From assembly GCA_050015175.1 (NCBI GenBank), contig JBEKBX010000017.1, positions 195 through 64,194 of the forward strand: DNA of 64,000 bases, written 5' to 3'. The notes under the pieces were generated by a model. That model did no database searches. It saw only the letters and a program-made list of their open reading frames with translations, and was not told the origin of the DNA. Below are positions 1-11,860 of the stretch, in pieces (the first letter of the stretch is position 1; every line of letters starts with the position of its first letter). The stretch comes from Acidimicrobiales bacterium. Lineage in GTDB: Bacteria; Actinomycetota; Acidimicrobiia; Acidimicrobiales; Bog-793. Both the position numbers and the translations under genes were made by a program.

Positions 1-126
1 CGGCATTGCGCCCGAACTCGATGAGCCTGGTCTTGTCGGGGTGCAGCTCCGCTCGGCGTCGTCACGGTGTTCGAACCCGGCGACGAAGTCGTCCGCCCAG
101 CTCCGTGCGAGCCAGCGGATCGTCAA
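1..126 (-). pseudogene. Group II intron reverse transcriptase/maturase remnant (RT5-RT7 region), frameshifted by an internal deletion; runs off the window edge
   Basis: Manual minus-strand translation gives WADDFVAGFEHRDDAER (99..49) and then, in another frame, ELHPDKTRLIEFGRNA (49..2). These match the group II intron IEP motifs YADDFV.GF...DA.RF and L.LHP.KTR.I.FGR. The ~14 aa normally between them are missing. Confidence 0.8.
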
Positions 127-309
127 TCGTTCTCCTCGCTATTACTGGCAGACAGTTCGCGAACGCGCGCTCGCCATTCTGAGCCAGGTCGTGAGCGCGC
201 TGAGATGCTGCGGTGGGAGGGTGTCCACACGCGCCCTAGAACCGTTCGGGCGGGGCCTCGCTAAGGCCCAGCGCGATGCACATGGTACTCCGACCCTGCC
301 GATACGAGA

Positions 310-347
310 TTGACAGCTAGACGCTCCGGTGTAGCATACGTCGTATG
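310..347 (+). promoter_or_regulatory. Putative sigma-70-type promoter (TTGACA-N16-TAGCAT) with an overlapping palindrome CATAC-N3-GTATG, candidate PadR operator
   Basis: TTGACA at 310-315, TAGCAT at 332-337 and CATACgtcGTATG at 335-347, upstream of the PadR gene. Confidence 0.4.
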
Positions 348-385
348 GTTCTAGCAGAGGTATACCATAAACTAAAGGTAGAGCG

Positions 386-961
386 GTGAGCGTTCGACAT
401 GCGCTGCTGGCGCTCTTGAGCGAAGGCCCGAAGTACGGGTTCCAGCTCCGTCAGGAGTTCGAAGAGGGCACCGGAGATGTCTGGCCACTCAACGTCGGTC
501 AGGTGTACTCCACCCTCCAGCGCCTCGAACACTCGGGCCACATCGAGTCCGACGACTCGGCCGATGAGGGCCCCCAGAAGGTCTTCCGTCTCACCGAGGA
601 GGGCAAGTCAGAGCTCCACCGCTGGCTCTCGTCGCCGACCGACATGGCCTCGCCACCTCGCGACGAGCTCGTGATCAAGGTGCTCTCGGCGCTTCGGGTA
701 CCCGAAGTCGACGTCAACGACCTGATCCAGCTCCACCGGCGCTACCTCGTCGAGCTCATGCAGCAGTGGACCCACCTAAAAGATGACGAGGCCGACTTCG
801 ATCTCGCCTTTGCTCTTGTCGTCGACGCCGAGCTGTCCCGATTGGACTCGGTTATCCGCTGGCTCGACGAGGCCGAAGGACGCCTGAAACGGGCCGAGAT
901 TGAACCCGCAGTTCCCTCGACGGTGCCGCGTTTGCGGCGAAGGCTTGTGGCGCGCCGATGA
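386..961 (+). CDS. PadR-family transcriptional regulator
   Basis: MSVRHALLALLSEGPKYGFQLRQEFE...LNVGQVYSTLQRLE...LTEEG winged HTH plus Vir_act_alpha_C-like C-terminus; ATGA overlap with the next gene. Confidence 0.93.
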   Translation: MSVRHALLALLSEGPKYGFQLRQEFEEGTGDVWPLNVGQVYSTLQRLEHSGHIESDDSADEGPQKVFRLTEEGKSELHRWLSSPTDMASPPRDELVIKVLSALRVPEVDVNDLIQLHRRYLVELMQQWTHLKDDEADFDLAFALVVDAELSRLDSVIRWLDEAEGRLKRAEIEPAVPSTVPRLRRRLVARR

Positions 962-1680
962 GCTTTCTCGAACTCAGGAACATCTCCAAGTCCTACGGCG
1001 AGGGCGCGACAGAAGTTCACGCCCTCGTGGACGTCTCGCTCTCGGTCGATCGCGGCCACCTCGTCGCGGTGATGGGACCGTCTGGGTCCGGGAAGTCGAC
1101 CCTCCTCACGATCGCCGGCAGCCTCGAAGAGCCGACGAGCGGTGAAGTGCTGATCGACGGCAAGTCGCTCGCTTCGATGTCCCACAACGACAAGGCACGC
1201 CTTCGCCGCCGCACGATCGGCTATGTCTTCCAGGACTTCAACTTGCTTGCTGGGCTCACCGCTCTCGAGAACGTCTCGCTCCCGCTCGAACTCGATGACA
1301 TGCCGGCGAGAAAAGCACGGACCCTCGCGATGACCGCGCTCGAGAACGTAGGGCTCGCCGAGCGGGCTGGACACTTCCCCGACGAGCTCTCAGGAGGAGA
1401 ACGCCAACGAGTCGCGATCGCCCGCGCCGTGGTCGGTCAGCGCCACCTCCTACTCGCCGACGAGCCGTCGGGCGCGCTCGACTCGGCGAACGGAGAGACC
1501 GTGATGAAGATGATCCGCGGCGCCTGTAAGCAAGGCGTCGCCGCGGTGGTCGTCACCCACGATGCGCACCTTGCATCGTGGGCCGACCGCGTCGTCTTCC
1601 TCAAAGACGGTCGCATCGTCGACCAGACGGTGCCTCCTCCGAGCGCCGAGTCGCTTCTCGCGCCGACGCGGACCTCATGA
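958..1680 (+). CDS. ABC transporter ATP-binding protein (LolD/MacB-like)
   Basis: Walker A GPSGSGKS, signature LSGGERQRV, Walker B LLLADEP, H-loop VTHD. Confidence 0.95.
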   Translation: MSFLELRNISKSYGEGATEVHALVDVSLSVDRGHLVAVMGPSGSGKSTLLTIAGSLEEPTSGEVLIDGKSLASMSHNDKARLRRRTIGYVFQDFNLLAGLTALENVSLPLELDDMPARKARTLAMTALENVGLAERAGHFPDELSGGERQRVAIARAVVGQRHLLLADEPSGALDSANGETVMKMIRGACKQGVAAVVVTHDAHLASWADRVVFLKDGRIVDQTVPPPSAESLLAPTRTS

Positions 1681-4196
1681 GGGTCTCGATGGCCGCGCCG
1701 CGTGGCGAGGCTCGTTCCGCCCTTGGCCTCACGCCATCTCGGCGCGCCGTTGTTCGATGGGCATGGCGCTTGTTCCGCCGCGAGTGGCGCCAACAAATAC
1801 TTGTCCTCGCACTGATCATCGTGGCCGTCACCGCGACGGTCGTCGGCTCGGCGGTGGCGACCAACACGCCCCTTCCGGCGAATACGGGGTTTGGCACCGC
1901 CCAGGACATGGCCACCTTCGCCGGGAATGACCCCCGTCTCGCCGCCGAGATCGCCTCGTTGGAGCACCGCTTCGGCAAGGTCGACGTCATCGAGAACGAG
2001 ACGCTGAAAGTCCCCGGTTCTGTCGCTACCTACCAGCTACGGGCTCAGAACCCGAACGGCCCCTACGGCCAACCGACGCTCTCCCTCATCTCGGGTCACT
2101 ACCCGAGTTCAACGGACCAGGTCGCCGTCACGGCCGGAATCGCATCGGATTTCAACTTGAAGGTCGGAGACACCTGGAAAGTCGGAGGCGAAGTCAGGCG
2201 GGTGGTTGGCATCGTCGAGAACCCACAGAATCTCCTCGACGAGTTCGCCCTCGTTCTGCCTGGACGGGTGAAGTCCGCGAACGACGTCACCGTGCTCTTC
2301 GACGCACCGGGGGTGAGTCCGAGCTCGATCGGCGAGCAGTGTGCCGCCTGCGGCCCATACGGCCGCCCCGGCTCCAATGTGGCCACGCCAGCCTTGGTGG
2401 CGCTGAGCACGATCAACCCCGAGACCCTGTCTCTTGCGGTGCTCACGATCGGGATGCTCCTCATCGCGCTGATGGCTATCGGCGGCTTCACCGTGCTCGC
2501 TCAGCGGCGGCAGCGCTCGCTCGGCATGCTGGCCTCGATCGGGGCTACCAGTAAGAACGTCTCCCTCGTCGTGCGGGCGAACGGACTTGTCGTGGGCGTC
2601 CTCGGGGCGGTGATCGGGACCCTTTTGGGCCTTGTCCTCTGGTTCGCCTATCGACCGAGCCTTGAGCAGAGCTCTCACCATCTGATCGGAGTCCTCGCCC
2701 TGCCCTGGGTCGTCGTCGCCGCGGCCATCGTGCTCGCCATTGTCGCGACGTACCTGGCCGCCTTGCGACCCGCTCGTTCGGTCACGAGGCTCTCTGTCAT
2801 GACCGCCCTGTCCGGTCGTCCCGCCCCACCAAGACAGGTGCACCGGTCTGCGCTACCCGGGATCGCCTTTCTCGTCGTCGCATTCCTCGTACTCGGCTAC
2901 TCGGGCAGCACTGACCACGGGACGGGCGGTGCGAGCACACTCGCGCTCGTCGTAGGGATCGTCGCCCTCATTCCCGCGATCATCCTGTTGGCGCCCTTCC
3001 TCCTCGTCGGGCTCGGGCGACTCGCCCGTCGCACCCCGGTTGCCGTCCGGCTCGCGCTCCGTGACCTCGCTCGCTACAGGGCTCGCTCTGCCTCTGCTCT
3101 AGCCGCGATCGGCCTCGGAGTGATGATCGCGGTGATGATCGCCACGCTTGCCCAGGCCCGATACTCCGATATCTGGGACCCCGCGGGGCCGAACCTGGCC
3201 TCGAACCAGGCGAACATCTCGATGGGAGTTCCGTACCCCACCCCGAGACAGGTGAGCGCCTGGGCCAAGGTCTCAGATGGTGTCGGCACAGCACTCGGAG
3301 CGCACCAAGTCGCGGCGCTCGAGGTGACCAGTGCCGGTCTCGGGAACATCTCCGGGACGAAGTCCCTTGGCGAATCGGTCTACGTCGCCACCCCACAGCT
3401 CCTGCAGGCGTTGGGCGTCTCCTCCTCCGAGATCGAGCCGAACGCCGAGATCGTGACGGCGCTTCCCGGTTTGACAGGCGATTCGGGTCTCGCGCTCAAC
3501 TGGTGCGAGAAGATGATCCCGCAAGGCCCGCCCGGCAGCGGGAACTTCAACTGCGCGAAGAACGGCGTGTTGAACAACCCGGTGATCCAGGGGCTTGGCG
3601 CACTACCGAGCGGGATTCACGCACCGAACACGTTGATCACCGAGCGTGCCGTCCGCGCATTCCACCTTGCGCCCTCGATCTCGGTGCTTGGGTGGTTCGT
3701 CGAGGGCGCCGAACCGCTCACCGCGGCAGAGATCCACAACGCGCAGGCAGTCGCGGCAACGGCGAACTTGAGCATCGAGACCAGGAATGACGAACCGACC
3801 TCTTCGACAGTCATCAACTGGGCCACGTTCTTCGGCGTCGCGCTGGCGCTTTGCATCCTGGCCATGAGCGTCGGACTGATCCGCAGCGAGACTGCCAACG
3901 ACCTACGGACCCTCGCCGCAACCGGAGCGAGCAGCTACACCCGTCGGACGCTGAGCGCCGCCACCGCCGGCGCGCTCGGGCTGGCCGGGGCGGTCCTCGG
4001 CACGTTCGCCGGCTACGTCGGTGTCATCGGCTGGTTGCGCGGCGACTCCGTGAACGGTGGCATCTCCGCGCTCGGAAACGTGCCCGTCGCAAATCTGTTG
4101 GTGATTCTCCTTGGCCTGCCGGTCCTGGCGGCTGCGGTCGGATGGTTGCTCGCCGGCCGTCAGCCGCCCATGCTCGCGCGCCAACCCATCGAGTGA
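1677..4196 (+). CDS. FtsX/MacB-like ABC permease (two FtsX TM units)
   Basis: Start at the ATGA overlap (1677). Two FtsX-type segments (AQRRQRSLGMLASIGAT; RSETANDLRTLAATGAS) with multiple TM helices. Confidence 0.9.
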   Translation: MRVSMAAPRGEARSALGLTPSRRAVVRWAWRLFRREWRQQILVLALIIVAVTATVVGSAVATNTPLPANTGFGTAQDMATFAGNDPRLAAEIASLEHRFGKVDVIENETLKVPGSVATYQLRAQNPNGPYGQPTLSLISGHYPSSTDQVAVTAGIASDFNLKVGDTWKVGGEVRRVVGIVENPQNLLDEFALVLPGRVKSANDVTVLFDAPGVSPSSIGEQCAACGPYGRPGSNVATPALVALSTINPETLSLAVLTIGMLLIALMAIGGFTVLAQRRQRSLGMLASIGATSKNVSLVVRANGLVVGVLGAVIGTLLGLVLWFAYRPSLEQSSHHLIGVLALPWVVVAAAIVLAIVATYLAALRPARSVTRLSVMTALSGRPAPPRQVHRSALPGIAFLVVAFLVLGYSGSTDHGTGGASTLALVVGIVALIPAIILLAPFLLVGLGRLARRTPVAVRLALRDLARYRARSASALAAIGLGVMIAVMIATLAQARYSDIWDPAGPNLASNQANISMGVPYPTPRQVSAWAKVSDGVGTALGAHQVAALEVTSAGLGNISGTKSLGESVYVATPQLLQALGVSSSEIEPNAEIVTALPGLTGDSGLALNWCEKMIPQGPPGSGNFNCAKNGVLNNPVIQGLGALPSGIHAPNTLITERAVRAFHLAPSISVLGWFVEGAEPLTAAEIHNAQAVAATANLSIETRNDEPTSSTVINWATFFGVALALCILAMSVGLIRSETANDLRTLAATGASSYTRRTLSAATAGALGLAGAVLGTFAGYVGVIGWLRGDSVNGGISALGNVPVANLLVILLGLPVLAAAVGWLLAGRQPPMLARQPIE

Positions 4197-4836
4197 ACAG
4201 ATGTCGAGTTCGGTGTACGAGATTGAACCTCGGCCATCTTCGCCGTGGGTCTTGCGGTCACGGCAGCCGGTTCACGACTGGCCGAAAGCTGATCGGCATC
4301 GGTACGGCAGGTACGAACCGAGCGAGACACCCCGCACCTGCCTGCCGGCACGACGCGGGGATGCCGGTTCCGGCGCCTCCCCGCCCTTGACCGCCTTTGG
4401 GTGGGGGCCTTCGTGTCGTTCGCCGTCGTCCTTGACGCATCTATCTACTTCGCGGTGACGTAGGACCGACTGGACAGAACACCTGACGCGCTACAGGAGC
4501 GTCGCGCAAGGCGGATCGTGTCGCGACAAATCGTCGGTCAGGTCGCACTCCGGGCGGCCGAGAGCGGGCGCAAATACTAGGCGTTACGCGCTTGCACAGA
4601 GTGAGCCGAGTTCGATGTACACAAGCGAGAGCGTTCGGTGCCAGTGCCCTCGGGTGGGGCCGGGTCGATCAGCTACCCGCTGTCGATGCCGCGAGGACGG
4701 CCCTCGTCGAGGCGATCGGTCATCGGTGGCTGCTCAGCTCTCTCTGGTAGATGTGTTGTTCTGCGTCGCGAAGTGCGCGTCGTTAGGGACCCGGCCCTTT
4801 CGTGACAGAGTCAAGATTTGGCCTTACCGTGTACCC

Positions 4837-7549
<2,713 letters not shown>

Positions 7550-7719
7550 ACACGGCGCACCAGCTTCTCCCCGACGCGTGGACGCCCACAGCATCGGGGG
7601 GAATCCGCTCGGACGGCCACCTTCGCCGCGTCCGCAAGGGTGGAGGTCAGGCAGGCAGAACGAGCCATTGGATCAAACGTTTACCCGACCAGAACACGTC
7701 TGCGCCCGATACCTGATGG

Positions 7720-8125
7720 TGTCCGCGGTCACATCGCCGCCGCGGCAGAAGTCGACAAGCACCAACGCACTCCCACTGTGGACGTGTCCTGCAGCGGAGC
7801 TGTGACAACCCTCGCCAGGTCCGATGCGAGGCGTGCATCGACGCCTACCCGACATCGACGCCCGAGATCAGAGGTCGGTGTGGTGCGGCGATCGCGACTC
7901 GGAAGAAAGCACGCACGGAGTGGAACAGGGCCAATCCCGGGACGGTCCACGACCCGGAGCTGCTCCGACGGGAGATCCTTCCGCGCCTCCGGACCCTGCC
8001 GCTTTCCGAAGCATTCGAGGCGGCCGGTTGTTCCAAGGCTTGGTGCTGGCGCCGCCTACCTTCCTGGACGGTCGTAGGAGCACCGTCGCCCAACATTCGG
8101 GGCAGAATCCTCACACCCCACGGCG
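7720..8125 (+). pseudogene. Decayed Zn-finger + HTH fragment resembling the C-terminal tail of stand-alone (casposase-like) Cas1 proteins
   Basis: Frameshifted LWTCP / SGAVT, then open frame +1 CDNPRQVRCEACIDAYPTSTPEIRGRCGAAIATRKKARTEWNRANPGTVHDPELLRREILPRLRTLPLSEAFEAAGCSKA (7801-8040). The family assignment is from recall and was not searched. Confidence 0.5.
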
Positions 8126-8580
8126 GCCCATCCCGAGGTGTAGGCTCAGCTAGCAGTTCTCAGCAGGGACGCTCCGTTCGGCTGGGACGACCAGTCAGGT
8201 CGCCGCCCGGGTGCAGGCTCAACGCCTCTTCTGATCATGGTGAAGAGGAGGGGCATGTCTGCAGAGGATCAGGCCATGTTTGGTCACCGCCGTTGTGTCC
8301 TCACGATCGCTCTCTCGGGAAGTGTCTGGCATGTCGCGTCGGGAGCACGGCCGCACGGAACTTGGAGAGACAAATGGATCGGGAGGTAAGACTGGCCGTC
8401 AATCGTGGCAGCGCACGCGTCCCCGACCGTGGTGCCAGGCGCGCCGACGCGGAAGATTCGCGGCCCCTTCCCATGCCCGCCGCATGGCCACAGCACGGCA
8501 GGCTAAACGGCGGCGGGGGTGAAGCACTTGCTTCGCTCGAGCCTCCCAGCCCGAGTGTGCCATTCGTCTCCACAAGGATC

Positions 8581-9711
8581 ATGCCCACGCCAACAGTGGC
8601 GTTGGTGAGCACCTACCCGCCGACCGTCTGCGGACTAGCCACTTTCACGAGCAACCTATCGGCGGCAATCGCCGCTCCCGAGTCGGGTTGGCGCACTCTG
8701 GTTATCCGGGTAGTTGATCGCGTCGAAGCCGATGCACACGACGAGGTTGTCGCCCAGTGGGTCGCCGGCGACCGCGCCTCTCTTCATCGGGCGGTCACAG
8801 CCATCGAGTCGTCGGATGCGGTGGTGCTCCAGCATGAGTACGGGCTATTCGGGGGGCCTGACGGCGAGGACGTGCTCGAGTTGATCGAGGCCGTGGAAGT
8901 GCCGCTCGTTGCAGTGCTGCACACGGTGCTACTCGACCCGACCCTGCATCAGCGTTACGTCCTCGAACAAGTGATGACGGCGGCATCGTTGACCGTCGTC
9001 CAGAGCGAAGCCGCCCGTCGTCGTCTTATCGCGGTCCACGGTGCGGACGCCGAACAGGTCGTGGTCGTGCCCCATGGCGCAGCCGCGAACTTCACAGGAC
9101 CGGTGCTACCCGAGATCGAACGACCGGCCGTCCTGACTTGGGGCCTCCTCGGCCCGGGCAAGGGGATCGAGCACGGGATCACCGCGGTCGCTCTCCTGCG
9201 GCAACGTTCGCCCGCGCCGTGGTACATCGTTGCCGGGCAGACTCACCCCAAAGTCCTCGCCGCTCAGGGCGAGCGCTACCGCTGCCAGTTGCAGGACCAG
9301 AGCCGCGCCCTGGGCATAGCCGACCGGGTGTGCTTCGACGACAGCTACCGGGACTGGGGGTCCTTGCGAGCGTTAGTCCGCAGCGTCGATGTCGTGCTGT
9401 TGCCCTACGACTCGCTCGACCAGGTCAGCTCCGGTGTACTGGTCGAGGCCATCGCATCGGGTAAGCCGGTCGTCGCGACGAGATTCCCGCACGCGGAAGA
9501 GCTGCTCTCTCAAGGCGCCGGTTTGACGGTGCCCCAGGGCAACTGCGAGGCCATGGCAGATGCACTCGACCGGGTGCTGTACGAACCCGGCTTGGCGGCA
9601 AGAATGGCCGCCGCCTCACGGCGGGAGGGTGCTGCCCTCCTCTGGCCGGCGATAGGCGCGACATACCGTTCGCTCATTGCGGAGGTCTTGCCAGCGAGAG
9701 CAGTGGCGTGA
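8581..9711 (+). CDS. Glycosyltransferase family 4 (GT-B, mannosyltransferase-like)
   Basis: STYPPTVCGLATFT, LQHEYGLFGG, GLLGPGKGIE, SSGVLVEAIASGKPVVAT (EX7E region). Start placed at ATG 8581; the track ORF begins at 8293. Confidence 0.9.
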   Translation: MPTPTVALVSTYPPTVCGLATFTSNLSAAIAAPESGWRTLVIRVVDRVEADAHDEVVAQWVAGDRASLHRAVTAIESSDAVVLQHEYGLFGGPDGEDVLELIEAVEVPLVAVLHTVLLDPTLHQRYVLEQVMTAASLTVVQSEAARRRLIAVHGADAEQVVVVPHGAAANFTGPVLPEIERPAVLTWGLLGPGKGIEHGITAVALLRQRSPAPWYIVAGQTHPKVLAAQGERYRCQLQDQSRALGIADRVCFDDSYRDWGSLRALVRSVDVVLLPYDSLDQVSSGVLVEAIASGKPVVATRFPHAEELLSQGAGLTVPQGNCEAMADALDRVLYEPGLAARMAAASRREGAALLWPAIGATYRSLIAEVLPARAVA

Positions 9712-10775
9712 TCGAGACGGTGGCGCCGCTGCCGACTCTCCGCCACCTGGCCCGACTGTCCGATGTCGTGGGGACCTTCGAACACGCCAAACTGGACCGC
9801 CCTCGGCCGGAATGCGGCTACTGCACCGACGACGCCGGGCGACTGCTCGCCATCGCGTCCCGGCTGGCCTCGGATGCCAACGCGCCCCTCCTAGCAGAGG
9901 TCGCTCTCGGCTTTCTCGAGCGGGCCCATGTTGGCGGGGGCCGCTTCCGCTTGCGGCAGGGTGTGGACGGCGCCTGGACGAACGATCGACCGAGCGACGA
10001 CTCGGCTGGCCGCGCCCTGCTCGGTCTCGGGACCGCCGTGGCGCGGGCGCCGTGGACGAACCTGCGCGATCGAGCCCTCGTGCTCTTCGGTGAAGCCGCG
10101 GACTTCCGTTCCGAACACCCTCGCGCCGTTGCCTATGCTGCCCTCGGCGCCGTCGAGCTGTTGCAGGCCGTGCCCAACCATGCCGGTGCGCGCGGCTTGG
10201 TCAGTGACGCCGCGGACAGCATGCCTGGCCCTGGCACCTCCGACGAGTGGCCGTGGCCGGAGCCCCGGCTCAGCTATGCCAACGCGCTACTTCCGGACGC
10301 TGCCCTGGCGGTAGCCGTCGCTATGGGGAGACAGCGTGCCGCGAGCGACGCGCTTCACCTGTTGGAATGGCTCGTCGACCAGGAAATGGTCGAGGGTCAC
10401 TTCAGCTTCACGCCAGTCGGTGGCCGCGGCCGAGATGGGCCGCAACCGGCGTTCGACCAGCAACCGATCGAGGCGTGGATGATGACAGAAGCATGTGCGA
10501 GAGCCTTTGCTCACACGGGAGACCGCCAGTGGGCAAATGCGGCGTGCCGCTCGGGTGCGTGGTTCCTCGGAGACAACGACGTGAGGGTGACTGTCTTCGA
10601 CCCGGCGACCGGGGGCGGCTTCGACGGGCTGGAGCCAGAGGGCGTGAACCGCAACGAGGGGGCAGAGTCGACCCTGGCGTTCGTGGGCACGATGCTCCAG
10701 CTCCAAGAGCTGACGTCCGCGAATGCGGGTCACATTGAGTCAGTTCCGACGGTCCCCTCGCGTTGCGGGGTTTAG
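9708..10775 (+). CDS. Six-hairpin glycosidase-like protein of the type usually fused or adjacent to this GT4 family
   Basis: GYCTDDAGR, WPWPEPRLSYANALLP, FDQQPIEA, NRNEGAESTLAF motifs; GTGA overlap with the GT4 stop. Confidence 0.7.
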   Translation: MIETVAPLPTLRHLARLSDVVGTFEHAKLDRPRPECGYCTDDAGRLLAIASRLASDANAPLLAEVALGFLERAHVGGGRFRLRQGVDGAWTNDRPSDDSAGRALLGLGTAVARAPWTNLRDRALVLFGEAADFRSEHPRAVAYAALGAVELLQAVPNHAGARGLVSDAADSMPGPGTSDEWPWPEPRLSYANALLPDAALAVAVAMGRQRAASDALHLLEWLVDQEMVEGHFSFTPVGGRGRDGPQPAFDQQPIEAWMMTEACARAFAHTGDRQWANAACRSGAWFLGDNDVRVTVFDPATGGGFDGLEPEGVNRNEGAESTLAFVGTMLQLQELTSANAGHIESVPTVPSRCGV

Positions 10776-11777
10776 GGTGGCGACGCGCAGGGCGTCGAGC
10801 AGATTACCCACGTGCGCGGTGGCCACGCCGACACAGCGGTCGGCGGCTCCGTAAGTGAGGTACACGTCGTCACCGTCGCAATGCGCTCCTTGGACAAAGA
10901 CGACGTTGTCCACATCGCCCCGGCGCTCCCAGTCGAGCTCCGGCTCGAGCACTGGTTGGGAGAGGCGGCTCTGCAGTCGACCGGTGACCTGGTCCAACAG
11001 CGCCAGGTTGATCGTGTACGAGCCGTCGCCACGCCGTTCGTGAAAGAAGAGTAGGAACCCCGCCTCCGTCGGGACGGGGGGTGCCCCCGCGCCGACGCCG
11101 AGCGCCCCTGGAGTTGGTCGGATCAGCGTGTGCACGTCGAGGTCGGCCATGTAGGCATCCCAGTAGTCGGGGCCCGCATGCCACAGCTGCTCGAGGTCGT
11201 CGAACACGGCGAGTTGCATGTCGGGGTAGATGCGATGGATGAGAGCGACGCGGTTGTCGGAGAGGGTGAAGACGACAGCGTCCTTGTTTGCCACGCCGGG
11301 TGGTCCGAGCAGCTGGCCGGTCGCCTCTTCAAGCTCGAACCTTTGGCCGTCCCAGCACAGGCGGTGAGCGCCGATGCGCCACGGTCCCTGTCCGGGCGGG
11401 GGCACGTGCGTGTAGGTCATCACGAGCCGCCGGATGCCGCGGTCCTCCACCCACTGCACCCGCGGGTCCTCAAAGCTCAGCGCGGCCCCGATACCTGAGC
11501 TGGCAAGGACGTAGCCGTACTCGTAGTGGTACCCGTCGGCGGAGGTAAAGACGACGATGTCGGAGACGTAGTCGACGAAACGCTGGCCGGTGCCGTCACC
11601 GGCGCGGTAGCGATCCCGCACGGCCCGAACGAAGAGGTGGTAGGCGCCAGCATGATGCAGAACACCGGCGTTGAACAACGGCCCGTACCCGCGCACCGCG
11701 CCAGCCTCGACAATGGGCCGGTCGCGCAACCGCCGGACAGGACGTGGTGGAATCACGGCCACCGAGTCGTCGTGCAA
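10740..11777 (-). CDS. Glycoside hydrolase family 130 (beta-mannoside phosphorylase/mannosidase-like)
   Basis: LFNAG, SFEDPRV, NKDAVVF, LIHRI, ERRGDVDNVVFVQG, YGAAD motifs; TTG start 4 nt after AGGAGG. Confidence 0.82.
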   Translation of the reverse strand: MHDDSVAVIPPRPVRRLRDRPIVEAGAVRGYGPLFNAGVLHHAGAYHLFVRAVRDRYRAGDGTGQRFVDYVSDIVVFTSADGYHYEYGYVLASSGIGAALSFEDPRVQWVEDRGIRRLVMTYTHVPPPGQGPWRIGAHRLCWDGQRFELEEATGQLLGPPGVANKDAVVFTLSDNRVALIHRIYPDMQLAVFDDLEQLWHAGPDYWDAYMADLDVHTLIRPTPGALGVGAGAPPVPTEAGFLLFFHERRGDGSYTINLALLDQVTGRLQSRLSQPVLEPELDWERRGDVDNVVFVQGAHCDGDDVYLTYGAADRCVGVATAHVGNLLDALRVATLNPATRGDRRN

Positions 11778-11860
11778 GCCGCCTCCTGCTCGGATCGATA
11801 GGGTAATAACACGCTTGTTATCGACACGATCAGAGCACGGCTTAACCAGCTGGGTGGTGG

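Noticed and set aside
4200-4830. Small ORFs or an ncRNA between the permease and furA
   Set aside because: No recognisable motifs, RBS or conserved RNA fold.
7717-9711. Cas1-tail/GT4 fusion protein (frame +1 is stop-free from 7717 into the GT4)
   Set aside because: There is no start codon before 8293, the intervening ~150 codons look non-protein-like, and long open frames are common at this GC content. The GT4 domain starts cleanly at ATG 8581.
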